From Phycisphaerae bacterium (GTDB lineage Bacteria > Planctomycetota > Phycisphaerae > UBA1845), in the NCBI GenBank assembly GCA_029260165.1, contig JAJDDT010000097.1, positions 11,099 to 75,098 on the forward strand: 64,000 nt of DNA, in the 5' to 3' direction. Below are positions 9,474 through 19,625 of this stretch, piece after piece. Numbering within the stretch: position 1 is the first letter of the stretch; each line of letters opens with the position of its first letter. A model generated the notes under the pieces. That model saw only the letters and a program-made list of their open reading frames with translations. It did no database searches and was not told the DNA's origin. Position numbers and translations under genes: made by a program.

Positions 9474-10127
9474 TCAGCTCTTGTGAATGAGGACCGTGAA
9501 GTCATTGCTGCGGTAGTCGTGTTTGAGGGCAAACGGATAGCCGTAGTTCTCGATATGTACAACGACTTCTGACGGCTCCCAATAGTACACGTCCGGGTTG
9601 CTGTTGCCGCTGAGCCTGCTGACGAAATTCATGGCAACGCCCTTGCTCGCCGCCTCGACCATGCGGTCAATCGTTGCAAAAGTTCGTTCGACGGTGTTGG
9701 GCGTCTTGAGATTGAAGATGCCCGATTCAAAAACGAAATCAAACTGCCCGGCGTCAAACGGCTCTTCAAGAATGTCGCGAGACTCGAACGTGACATCCGG
9801 ATATTTCTCGCGAGCAGCCTCGAGCATGTCCGAATTAATGTCGATTCCCCTGTAATCCGCACAGCAAACACCTCGGTTCGACAGATACGCGGAAAAATCC
9901 CCCAACCCGCAACCAACATCCAGAATCGTCGCGTCATTCAGATCACCGACGCGCATCAAAACCTCAAACCGCTGCTCCTGCGAAAACCGGCTGTTCCACA
10001 CAACCCGCGCGTCGTTCGTTCCATATTCGCGCAGCAGCCTGGAATGATAATTGATGATGATTTCATCGGACGGGGATGCAACAGGTTCTGCCAGGGTCAC
10101 TTCCATTCTCCTTTTTCCTGCGGTCAC
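9474..10127 (-). CDS. Class I SAM-dependent methyltransferase
   Basis: ILDVGCGLG, YRGIDI, FDFVFESGIFN. Confidence 0.9.
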   Translation of the reverse strand: MTAGKRRMEVTLAEPVASPSDEIIINYHSRLLREYGTNDARVVWNSRFSQEQRFEVLMRVGDLNDATILDVGCGLGDFSAYLSNRGVCCADYRGIDINSDMLEAAREKYPDVTFESRDILEEPFDAGQFDFVFESGIFNLKTPNTVERTFATIDRMVEAASKGVAMNFVSRLSGNSNPDVYYWEPSEVVVHIENYGYPFALKHDYRSNDFTVLIHKS

Positions 10128-10130
10128 GCG

Positions 10131-10778
10131 TTAGTGATAGACAGTTCGAATAACGTCAAACGCCTCGGCAAATTCCGTGCCGATCGCAACGCCACGGGTC
10201 CGGGCCAACCCGCGCGTAAAACTCTCCGCCATGTAGGGTCCGTCCCGCTGTGATTCATAATGCGACAATGCACACACCTTTCGTTCGATGTGCCGCTCCT
10301 CAAGTGCAACAAACGCCGTCGTGCGAAACGCGATATTGTTCCACGGCATTTCGTACGCATAGATCGTCGTCCGCTTGAACGCGCGAAGACCCTCATTGGC
10401 AACGGTCGAATGATCCTGATGCAGATCGTCGGTCGCAGGCTGAAAAACCAGGTCCGGTTTCAGTTCCGCATTCAATCTCACCAGATCATCAAGAATCTCC
10501 TGCCGATACATCGCCAGCCTCCGAACCGGATAGCGGAAAATCAGCAGGTTTTCCCGCGGTATCGACAGCTCTTCAATCGCCTTGCACGCCTCCACCTCGC
10601 GAACCCCCCTGGGCCAACCGGGCGGCAGCGAGTCTTCGCACAGGCTGAATGTCGCGACGTACACGCTCGCGCCCTCTTCGGTCAGCCTCGCAATCGTCGC
10701 CCCACACCCCAACTCCGCATCATCCGGGTGCGGTGCGAGAACGAGAATGTTGCGCGGTTTGTCCAGCCTCACGAGCAA
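10131..10778 (-). CDS. PIG-L/LmbE family N-deacetylase
   Basis: APHPDDAELGCG, DLHQDH, HYESQ, AEAF motifs. Confidence 0.93.
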   Translation of the reverse strand: MLVRLDKPRNILVLAPHPDDAELGCGATIARLTEEGASVYVATFSLCEDSLPPGWPRGVREVEACKAIEELSIPRENLLIFRYPVRRLAMYRQEILDDLVRLNAELKPDLVFQPATDDLHQDHSTVANEGLRAFKRTTIYAYEMPWNNIAFRTTAFVALEERHIERKVCALSHYESQRDGPYMAESFTRGLARTRGVAIGTEFAEAFDVIRTVYH

Positions 10779-10883
10779 CCTCCGTTATCGGACCTGTCTC
10801 TCCCAATACCGATAACCTCCCCAATATGTCGGCAGAGACGCCAAACAAGTTGACGAGCAATCCGACACCACACCAGTGCGCAC

Positions 10884-10929
10884 AAAAAAGCCGGCCCGCG
10901 ACGGGTTCGAAAACCCGACACAGGCCGAC
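10884..10929 (-). terminator. Intrinsic terminator after the giant Cys-rich gene
   Basis: Minus strand GTCGGCCTGTGTCGGGTTTTCGAACCCGTCGCGGGCCGGC hairpin followed by TTTTTT. Confidence 0.78.
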
Positions 10930-10990
10930 TCAGACCACGCGTAAGGTGTGATCCGCCCGGAACGGACGGATCACACGGTTTTTCCAGTCA

Positions 10991-13900
10991 TTAGCGGCGC
11001 GAACGCTCCGACGCCACGATGAGCACCACAGCATCCTTGCCTGCGTCCGCCGACACCCGAACACTACCGTCGGTCCACAGACCGACATGCTCGGTGGAAG
11101 GCGCAATATTGACGATACCTGTCGCATTCGCAGGTACACGGAACGTAAACGTTCCGACGTACGAGCGTTTGCCCGCAGGTATCTCAACACCGCTGCCGTA
11201 CAACGCACCACCAACGCGTCCCAGCTCCGCATCCAACGCCGGGAAGCTGTACAAGCCCGCGAAGATGTAGTCACGACGCTCCGACTCCACCCTGACCGAC
11301 TCGATCGCCACCCGTGTCGACGACTTGCCGACCATCCGGGCGTTCAGACCAAACTCGAAGCCGACCACACCGGACGCGTCCGTAACATAGACATCCACCA
11401 CAACGTCGTCGCCTGACCTGACCGCACGCTGACGCGGAACGATCACGAAGCGGGCGTTATCGTTGTTACCAATCGACGATTTGACGTCGCCAACCGCGGG
11501 CAGCTCGACACCGGAAGCAGCCGCAGGTCCGCAGGCACCTGCCGCAGGAGGAGGCGACGCATCGCAACCACCACCCAGCGGCGGAATCGGACAATTGAAC
11601 GGATTCGCACCACCAAACGCATCCACAATCGCAAGGATATCATCCGTACTGATCGGGATTCCGTTCGGACCCTTGCAGTTGGCCGGTGTCACATCCGAGC
11701 AGCCAGCCGCCGTGCTGTTCCAAATGTCAGCATTCGGGCAGGCACAGTAATTACCAAACCCGCTCACCGCACAGAGGATGTCGTCCGTTCCCACGAATGC
11801 CGAGAAGGACGAGCATGTATTGCCGTGGCGACGCACGCACGACACACACTGATTATTCTCGCAATAGGTGTAATCGCAAACATCAGGCGGCGTGCCGGCG
11901 GCAATACCGTCGGTGTAGCAATCGCAGTCTCGCACGCACGTCGGTCCACCACACAATCCAGGCGTGCAGTCCGAACCGCTACCCTGAGGCGTACCACCCA
12001 GATCGCGGCAACAGCAGGGATCCAGAAGATCACAGGTGCCATCGGGCAGGCAGCAGGCTTCCAGAGCACACTGCACCGTCACCGTCGCGCTGTAGTTCAG
12101 ACCACTGACAATCGCCAGCGTGTCACGCAAATACACCTGCAACCGGTTCGTGCCCGTGTTGACCGTCACCGGAGCAGGGCCGAGCACCGTCTGCGCTCCG
12201 AATCCACCACCGGAGAAGCCGGGAACAGGCAACCCGTTCATGTACACACCGATCGGATTCGGGCCGGCCCCCGGATCACCAATCCGGTCGTCCGCAGCGA
12301 ATGCAAACTCGATGCGGGCAGCCAGTGGATCCGGACAGCAAACCTCGAACTCGTGACAGAACAACGCCGACGTCGGCGAACGCGACGGATCACGACCGAT
12401 CCACTTCGCCGACGGGTCAGCCGGCAGCAAGCCAAAGCTGCCGGGCAGCCAGGCTGCGATCGGATTGATAATCCGCGCGGGCGGACCCGCACACGCAGCC
12501 CCGAAGTCAGCCGCCGTAAACGCAGCCGCTGACAACGGCGATGCACCAGGACCGCTGAGCATGGTGATCTCAGCATCAGGCGCACCGGTCAGACCGTTGC
12601 CGCTACGCAACGCGATCACGGTTCCCGCATCGTCCAGTTCGCAATCGCAGATATCGTCGATGCCGTTGTTATTCGAATCACCCTGACACGACGTACCAGC
12701 ACCCTGGAAGTCGCCCGCAAGCGCCTCGCAACAGGTCGAGTCAGCCGCGATGCACGCATCATTGACGCCGTCCAGGTCGCGATCGACACAGCAGGCACCA
12801 GATACGCCACAGTTCGTGCCCGCACCGGCAAACATACCACCGAGCGTATTGCACTCTGTCAGCGTGATGACCGAACAACTCTCCGCCAACATATCACCAT
12901 CGGCGTCGAAACAGCACGCACCAACAACCGGCGGATCGGCACAATCACACGTCAGCACCGCACCTTCGAGGTTCGGACTAACCGTGACAGCATTCGAACC
13001 GAGCGACACACCGTTGGCATGAACAAGACACTCGCCCTGTTGCGGCGGCGTACAACCACCCGGACAGAACACCACGTCCACGTCAATTCCGATCGGGCCG
13101 CAGTCGTCCTGCGGTTCCGCACACTCGCACTGCGTCACCACCGGCACACCGCCAACGACGGTAACGAACTTCGGTCTGCACCGACCATTCGTCGTACCGT
13201 CCGACACGCAATCCGTCGCCTGCAAGGCAGCACACGGATCAACAGCCGGGTCGGTCGTCAGCGGACACACAGGCTGACAATCGCAACACACAGTCACAGC
13301 CCCCGTCAGCGGATCGAATGACCGTGACTGAATGCACGTCTCACCCGGCAGACAGAAACCTTCACACGTCGGCGACAACGGTGGCACCAGCGTGCTCGGA
13401 ACCGGATGACACTCATTAGGCTCGCGACAGTCGCAATCCACCACACGCGCACCAAAGACCGGGTGCTGCTCGATGCAGCGCGGCACGCAAACATCGTTCG
13501 GATCAGGACAAACGATCGGCTCACACGCACTGTTGTCCGGCAGTGGTTCGCACTGCGTCGGATCAGGCACGCACTCGCAACAGATCGTTCGTTCACCTGT
13601 CATCGAGTTGACCGAAATCGTCTCCCGACAGGTCTCACCCGGCGGACAGTTGTCCACACAGAATGGCTGCGTACCATCGACCGGAACCTCAACGAAACAG
13701 TCCTGGTCCGTCAGACAATCACAATCGACCGCCTCGGTCCCGGCTCCAGGAAGGAAATCAACGCATTTGGGCCTACACTGTTCACCAGCAACCGGACAAC
13801 CAAGGTTGTTGCAGAACGGCGTACCCGGTACCGGCTCACAGGCCGGCGCGGGCTCGCAGTCACAACAAAGCGTCTGCTCACCAGTCACAGGATCAATCGT

Positions 13901-16900
13901 CACCGATTCGACGCACGTCTCACCTGCCGGACAGGCACCCACGCAACTCAACGATCCATCCGCAGCAACTTCAGGATGACAATCGTTATCATTGCGGCAT
14001 TCGCAATCGACGATACGCACCTGACCCGTCAGCGGATCCACCGCCAGACAGCGCGGATCACAATTCTCCGTCGCAACCGGGCAGTTGAACGGCGCACATG
14101 CCAGACCACCCGGCAACGGACCACAGTCCGGTTGCGGACAAATGGTATTCGTACAATCCGAACCGGCACCCGCAGGTGTCCCGCCCAGATCACGACAACA
14201 GCACGGATCGAGATTGTCACACGTCCCATCCGGGAAGCAGCAAGCCTCCGGTCGACATTCGTACTCAATCGTCGCCGAGAAGATAGCCGCACTGGCGACA
14301 CTGAACTGGTCGCGCAGATAAACGTGCAAGGAGTTGGAACCCGAATTCAACGCAATCGGTGTGATCGGGAACACGGTCTGCGTTCCAAATCCACCACCCG
14401 TGTGACCCGCAACGGGGACACCGTTGATAAACACGCCGATCGGATTCGGCCCACCGGCAGGATCACCGAGGCGATCATCACCGGCAAACGCAAATTCAAT
14501 CGTCGCGCTCGATAGCGACGCATCCGGACAACACACCTTGAATTCGTAGCAGTACAACTGCGACGCCGGCGACAGGAACTGATTCTTCGCAATCCACTGC
14601 GCGAACGGATCCGCCGGCAGAATACCACCACTCCCCGGCAGATAAACCGCCAACGGATTGACGATGTCTGCAGGTGGACGCTTGCACGCCTTGCGGAAGA
14701 ACTGCGTCGTAAACGCCGACCCCGACAACGGAGCACTACCCGAACCATTCAACGCGCTTATGTTCGCATCCAGTCCGCCGACAGTACCGTTACCGCTGCG
14801 CAGAATCAGACGACGCGTCGTCAACTGATCGCAATCGCACGAGTCGTCAATATTGTTGCCGTTCATGTCACCCATGCAGACAGAACCAGCCCCATTGAAC
14901 GTCCCGTTGAGATCCTCGCAACACGTCGAATCCATCACATCGCAACTCTCAGCCACACCGTCGCCATCCGTGTCGTAACAACACGAACCAACGACACCGC
15001 AGATCGTGCCGACACCATGGAACGTACCACCACGATCAGAACACTCCGTCGGCGTGAAGATGGCGCAACTCTCGCTGACACCATCCCCATCCGCATCGAA
15101 GCAACACGCACCGATCGCAGGAGGTTCATCGACGCATTCGCACTTGACCTCGCTGTCCGTTGGAACGGCTGCGGCGTTGATCGAACTGACACCCTGCGCA
15201 ACACCATCCAGCGTGATCTCGCAGTTCGCACCAGGAGGACAATCCCCCTCGCAGAACAATTCGAGGCCAACCGCGCCCGGAACCTGCCGGACCTGAACCG
15301 GATCACACGGCGCAACATCCGGATAACAATCGCACACCGTCGCCGTGATTGTCGGACCCGCAGGACCACTGCCAACCTTGACGCACTGAGGCAGACAAAC
15401 ATCCGCCTGCGCATCAGGCAGACACTGGGTCGGCTGCAACATCGCGCAAAGCGTCGAATTGTCAGGCTCCGGACAAACCGGACCCGGATCACCGCTGCAA
15501 CCGCACTTGACCTCGTCACCCGCATTCAGCAGATTCGAGAAGATGTTGGTCACACCCTGCGGAATGGTATTGATGTGAATCTGACAGATTTGCCCCGGAG
15601 GACAATCCTGTCCGTTACAACTCAGATTAAAGTCCGACGTGCCAATGATCGGAAACAGCGAGACCGGACCGCACGTCGGCGTTGGATCGTCGCAAACACA
15701 TGTCTCAGCCGTCGGCTGCGCACCACCGGCACCATCGTCGACCATCCGCACGCACGTCGGCACGCAAAAATCGCCCGCCGCTCCGTTCAAACACTCCGTC
15801 GGCTGCAACGCGGCGCAGATTGTCTGACCCGGCGGCTGCGGACACGTCGGCGGAGGAGGATCGTCAGCGCAGAAACACTTGAACTCCTCGTCAATCGGTG
15901 GATTGGAAACACTGAGAAGACTCATTCCGGTATCTGTGAAGATACCGCTGAATCCCCGATGAACCGTACACGTCTGCCCAGGCGGACAGGTGCCGTTACA
16001 CACAAACCGATACTCATTCGGCACCGTCTCAAAGACCTCGATCGGACCACACGGACCATCGACGTCCACGCAGTCGCAAAGCTGCGCACCTGCATCGGTA
16101 CCACCCATACCGTCGGACAGAATGATCACGCACAGCGGTTCGCACTGCACACCGTTACCATCAACGATGCAATCGGTCGCCTGACGCGACGCACAAATCG
16201 TCGCACCAGCAGGCTCCGGACAAAGCACAGGGGGAACGTCAACACATGTACAACAGACATCCACCAGTCCCGTCAACGGATCAACGGGCGTCTCGGTTCG
16301 CTCGCACTGCTGCCCAGCCGGACAGTTGTCCACACAAACAGGATCAACCGGACCAAAGGCCGCGAAACAGGTGTTGTTCTGATCAACACAATCGCAGTCC
16401 ACAACCGTCTGCGTTCCGTCGATCGGATTAAACCGAATGCACCTCGGCAGACACGCGTCAATACCAAACGGATCAGGACACAGGAACGATTCGCACGCGG
16501 TTCCACCAATATTCGGAACACACTCAGGCTCGCACAAATCGGCAATCAGATTCCCGTCCGCATCAACACAGGTCGTACCATCACCCTGATAAACACCCCC
16601 ACGCGACGCACAATCACCAACCGTGGTAACAATGCAATCGAGCGGAAGACCCGCAACACAGCAGGCACCCGTGGGCTGAGGTTCAATAAGCTGACACCAC
16701 AACGAAATGGCATCAACATCGTCATCGAACGGCACCGTCGTCAGCGGGAAGCTGAATCCCGTCAAGAACGATGCGTAGACCATCTTGGGATCAAGACCGC
16801 CCGACTCATCACCGGGCGTGCACGGATCATCCTCGTCAACGCTGAACAGCACCGCGAAGACCGGTACGGGAGTCCCCGGATCAGGCAACCAGGTGAACTC

Positions 16901-19138
16901 AAACGCATCGATATCGGTATCCGGCGAAATACCAAGGTGAATCTCGTCAATCACCTTGACCGAACCGATTCCAATCCGCTCATAGATGCTCCCAGGATCC
17001 AGACCGAAATGCGCCTCATGGTCCGGACTGAAGAACCAGATCGGACATGAACCATTAGCCCCAATCGAATCAACGAAGTCGAGCGAATCGACGTCGTCGT
17101 CCTCGGACTCATCACCCGGAATCGCACCCGGATTCGGTGCGAGGCTCAAATGCACACCGACCTCATCCGCGAACGGCACGATCGGACCAAACCCAAGAGG
17201 TGGGAATCCCGGAGCCAACCCCACCGACAACACCTCATCAAACCCGAGCGTTGTACCGTAGGTCAAACCGGCTGGCGAAGGTACCGTCACAGGCACGTCA
17301 CCAACATCCCAACCCGGTGCAAGATCGTCATCATACGAAATCGCCATAAACCTCGGCTCGTAAATGCAGATCGACAAAAGATCAGTCTGCGGGATAGGCC
17401 CGAACAGCGGTGCAGCAGGATCGATCACGCCGATCAGTGAAACATCAAGCTGATCATGGCCATCAAGATCGAAATAATCACCGTAACAGCCCTCACAGCC
17501 GCCTCCAATGGGACAGCCACCAAGCCCCGGAATAGCACCCGTCGTGCCCAAAAGGTCAGGCGGATCCGGGAACGGATCGAAACCAAAGGTAAACAGCGTC
17601 ACATCGTCCTTGAACCCGTCGCGACCGCCCGGAACAATCGGCGGCGTAACAGGCGGACCAATCCACACATACACATCACCCGGATCAAACCCTTCGTTCC
17701 CATCCGGAGTCGGATCGCTCAATTCCGTGTCACCACCGATGTCAACCGAGAACTCAATCTGGAACGTCTTGTTTCCAGGGAGAACCGTGTGCTGCGATCC
17801 GTCAGGCTCCTCCTCCGTCAATGGCGGAGGCTTCGGGAAGAAATTCGGACCCGCACCTGGCACCCCACCCGTCGGTGACTCAAAACACCACGGATGCGGG
17901 GTCAGCGTATTCTCAAGAACAATCGGACCAGGCACCGGCAACACCAGCTCCGGGCCGCCACCAACCTGAATGAAACTGATCCGGGGATGCACGTTCAGTT
18001 GCGACGTAAACGTACCACCCTCCAACGCGTTTCGCGTAATCGTCATCTGGCCCGTCGATGGCTGATTCGGATCAACCGTGACAAACACATCAAAGAAAAC
18101 GTCACCAACCGGAATCGGCTGAATGCTCGTCAGTTGAAGCTCAATCAACTCGATCGGAACCGTCGCAGACGAGGGAATACCCGGAAGCGACGCAGGACCC
18201 AACCGACGTACGATGGTATCCACATCGCTTGACCCCGGATCCAGGGGCACACCCTGCAGCGGGACGTCGCCCGAAAACGGTAGCGACCCAGGCCCAAAGA
18301 ATCCTGCCGGAATCGGCGGAATCCCCAACTCAGGACCACCCGTATTACCACCGAAGACCAGCTTCGTCGGCTGAACCGTGGTCCACAAATCGTCGCCGGT
18401 CTGAACCGTCTGGTCGATCGGATCACCCGCCTGCATCCGAATCGTCCCCTGCGTGGTACCGGACAGACCCGCCAGGGGACTGCCGCCCCCCGGGCCGATG
18501 AACTCAATCTGATACGCAATATCGAAGAAACTATCAACGTTGAAATCACCCGAAGGAAGACGCGTCAGCGTCGTATTCCCCGGACTTGGCAGCCCGTTGG
18601 CAACCCCCGCCGTGATGCGAAGAAGGTCGAAATCAGGATCTCCAAAAATGGCACCCTGAAGCTGAACCATCTCGGTCGGAAACGACTGCACCGCATCACC
18701 AGGCGTGCGCGGATCCGTATGAGTCTGGCAGACGACCGGCTGAAGCTGGATGTTCCGCTGGAACGTCGCCAAATCACCCGTGCCCCGAATACCAAGCTGA
18801 AGCGTTGAAAGAAACTGCTCGTTCTCACCTCCCAGCCCGTCCGGCACGCCGCAATGGGTCGGGTCACCCTCGCAGATAAAATCAAGGTGGATCGTATCGA
18901 GGATGATCTCCGTATTGGGAGGCAACCCGTTGATGATCATGTGCACGTCTTGCGGACTGAGATACGGACATCCCGGCGGCGGTAAGTTCACCGTCCCCGT
19001 TCCATCATCCACCACCACGCACGGGTCGCCCAACGCGCCCGCAGAAAAAACCGCAAGAAAACCCGCGGCCAACATAACACAACAACTGCGACGACACCCT
19101 CGGCGCCGTCGGCTTCCCGACGTACTCGGCTCACCCAT
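10991..19138 (-). CDS. Giant secreted Cys-rich modular protein (~2,715 aa) with GACC repeats, two lectin-like domains, C-terminal dockerin-like and cohesin-like modules
   Basis: ATG at 19138 with GGAG RBS; signal peptide MLAAGFLAVFSAGALG; seven (G/E)(A/S)CC modules; many CDC...CPxGxxC modules; twin TDDIL..V..FG repeats; final all-beta domain. Confidence 0.85.
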   Translation of the reverse strand: MGEPSTSGSRRRRGCRRSCCVMLAAGFLAVFSAGALGDPCVVVDDGTGTVNLPPPGCPYLSPQDVHMIINGLPPNTEIILDTIHLDFICEGDPTHCGVPDGLGGENEQFLSTLQLGIRGTGDLATFQRNIQLQPVVCQTHTDPRTPGDAVQSFPTEMVQLQGAIFGDPDFDLLRITAGVANGLPSPGNTTLTRLPSGDFNVDSFFDIAYQIEFIGPGGGSPLAGLSGTTQGTIRMQAGDPIDQTVQTGDDLWTTVQPTKLVFGGNTGGPELGIPPIPAGFFGPGSLPFSGDVPLQGVPLDPGSSDVDTIVRRLGPASLPGIPSSATVPIELIELQLTSIQPIPVGDVFFDVFVTVDPNQPSTGQMTITRNALEGGTFTSQLNVHPRISFIQVGGGPELVLPVPGPIVLENTLTPHPWCFESPTGGVPGAGPNFFPKPPPLTEEEPDGSQHTVLPGNKTFQIEFSVDIGGDTELSDPTPDGNEGFDPGDVYVWIGPPVTPPIVPGGRDGFKDDVTLFTFGFDPFPDPPDLLGTTGAIPGLGGCPIGGGCEGCYGDYFDLDGHDQLDVSLIGVIDPAAPLFGPIPQTDLLSICIYEPRFMAISYDDDLAPGWDVGDVPVTVPSPAGLTYGTTLGFDEVLSVGLAPGFPPLGFGPIVPFADEVGVHLSLAPNPGAIPGDESEDDDVDSLDFVDSIGANGSCPIWFFSPDHEAHFGLDPGSIYERIGIGSVKVIDEIHLGISPDTDIDAFEFTWLPDPGTPVPVFAVLFSVDEDDPCTPGDESGGLDPKMVYASFLTGFSFPLTTVPFDDDVDAISLWCQLIEPQPTGACCVAGLPLDCIVTTVGDCASRGGVYQGDGTTCVDADGNLIADLCEPECVPNIGGTACESFLCPDPFGIDACLPRCIRFNPIDGTQTVVDCDCVDQNNTCFAAFGPVDPVCVDNCPAGQQCERTETPVDPLTGLVDVCCTCVDVPPVLCPEPAGATICASRQATDCIVDGNGVQCEPLCVIILSDGMGGTDAGAQLCDCVDVDGPCGPIEVFETVPNEYRFVCNGTCPPGQTCTVHRGFSGIFTDTGMSLLSVSNPPIDEEFKCFCADDPPPPTCPQPPGQTICAALQPTECLNGAAGDFCVPTCVRMVDDGAGGAQPTAETCVCDDPTPTCGPVSLFPIIGTSDFNLSCNGQDCPPGQICQIHINTIPQGVTNIFSNLLNAGDEVKCGCSGDPGPVCPEPDNSTLCAMLQPTQCLPDAQADVCLPQCVKVGSGPAGPTITATVCDCYPDVAPCDPVQVRQVPGAVGLELFCEGDCPPGANCEITLDGVAQGVSSINAAAVPTDSEVKCECVDEPPAIGACCFDADGDGVSESCAIFTPTECSDRGGTFHGVGTICGVVGSCCYDTDGDGVAESCDVMDSTCCEDLNGTFNGAGSVCMGDMNGNNIDDSCDCDQLTTRRLILRSGNGTVGGLDANISALNGSGSAPLSGSAFTTQFFRKACKRPPADIVNPLAVYLPGSGGILPADPFAQWIAKNQFLSPASQLYCYEFKVCCPDASLSSATIEFAFAGDDRLGDPAGGPNPIGVFINGVPVAGHTGGGFGTQTVFPITPIALNSGSNSLHVYLRDQFSVASAAIFSATIEYECRPEACCFPDGTCDNLDPCCCRDLGGTPAGAGSDCTNTICPQPDCGPLPGGLACAPFNCPVATENCDPRCLAVDPLTGQVRIVDCECRNDNDCHPEVAADGSLSCVGACPAGETCVESVTIDPVTGEQTLCCDCEPAPACEPVPGTPFCNNLGCPVAGEQCRPKCVDFLPGAGTEAVDCDCLTDQDCFVEVPVDGTQPFCVDNCPPGETCRETISVNSMTGERTICCECVPDPTQCEPLPDNSACEPIVCPDPNDVCVPRCIEQHPVFGARVVDCDCREPNECHPVPSTLVPPLSPTCEGFCLPGETCIQSRSFDPLTGAVTVCCDCQPVCPLTTDPAVDPCAALQATDCVSDGTTNGRCRPKFVTVVGGVPVVTQCECAEPQDDCGPIGIDVDVVFCPGGCTPPQQGECLVHANGVSLGSNAVTVSPNLEGAVLTCDCADPPVVGACCFDADGDMLAESCSVITLTECNTLGGMFAGAGTNCGVSGACCVDRDLDGVNDACIAADSTCCEALAGDFQGAGTSCQGDSNNNGIDDICDCELDDAGTVIALRSGNGLTGAPDAEITMLSGPGASPLSAAAFTAADFGAACAGPPARIINPIAAWLPGSFGLLPADPSAKWIGRDPSRSPTSALFCHEFEVCCPDPLAARIEFAFAADDRIGDPGAGPNPIGVYMNGLPVPGFSGGGFGAQTVLGPAPVTVNTGTNRLQVYLRDTLAIVSGLNYSATVTVQCALEACCLPDGTCDLLDPCCCRDLGGTPQGSGSDCTPGLCGGPTCVRDCDCYTDGIAAGTPPDVCDYTYCENNQCVSCVRRHGNTCSSFSAFVGTDDILCAVSGFGNYCACPNADIWNSTAAGCSDVTPANCKGPNGIPISTDDILAIVDAFGGANPFNCPIPPLGGGCDASPPPAAGACGPAAASGVELPAVGDVKSSIGNNDNARFVIVPRQRAVRSGDDVVVDVYVTDASGVVGFEFGLNARMVGKSSTRVAIESVRVESERRDYIFAGLYSFPALDAELGRVGGALYGSGVEIPAGKRSYVGTFTFRVPANATGIVNIAPSTEHVGLWTDGSVRVSADAGKDAVVLIVASERSRR

Positions 19139-19625
19139 GACTTTTCTCCGTTCTATGCCCCGTTTCGACCTGCTGTCCCAGCCACACAACGCAACCAACG
19201 TCCTGCCCAACGAACGATGCAAAATTTGTTCCGGAACCTTGCTGATTTCGTTCGTACAGAAATGCGGCGGACTCGTTTTCCGCGTTGGCGACGTGGACCT
19301 GTGAAATGGCGACTTGTCGCCCGTGTTCCTAAGTGCCATTGTAGTAGTTCACCCTCACAAGATAAAGCAAAAACACAATCCCCGCGCGCCCACAATGGAC
19401 CCGCGCATACGAACTACGGCCCCACCACGAGAATTCTGTCACCCCATGTGACAAATCATCCGAGGCAAACCAGCAATAAAACTCGGTAAGGTAAATCGCG
19501 AATGGAACTGTGATTCTGGTGAAATTGCGGCGACTTTGAAGCCGGGAACACCCGTTCAAAAAACGAGGGCGATTGCCGGCATCAGCCCAAAAGGCATTGC
19601 CAAACGAGCAGCAGCGAACGCTGAA

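Noticed and set aside
15017-17050. 677-aa plus-strand ORF and others antisense to the giant gene
   Set aside because: Arg/Thr/His-rich antisense translation with no motifs.
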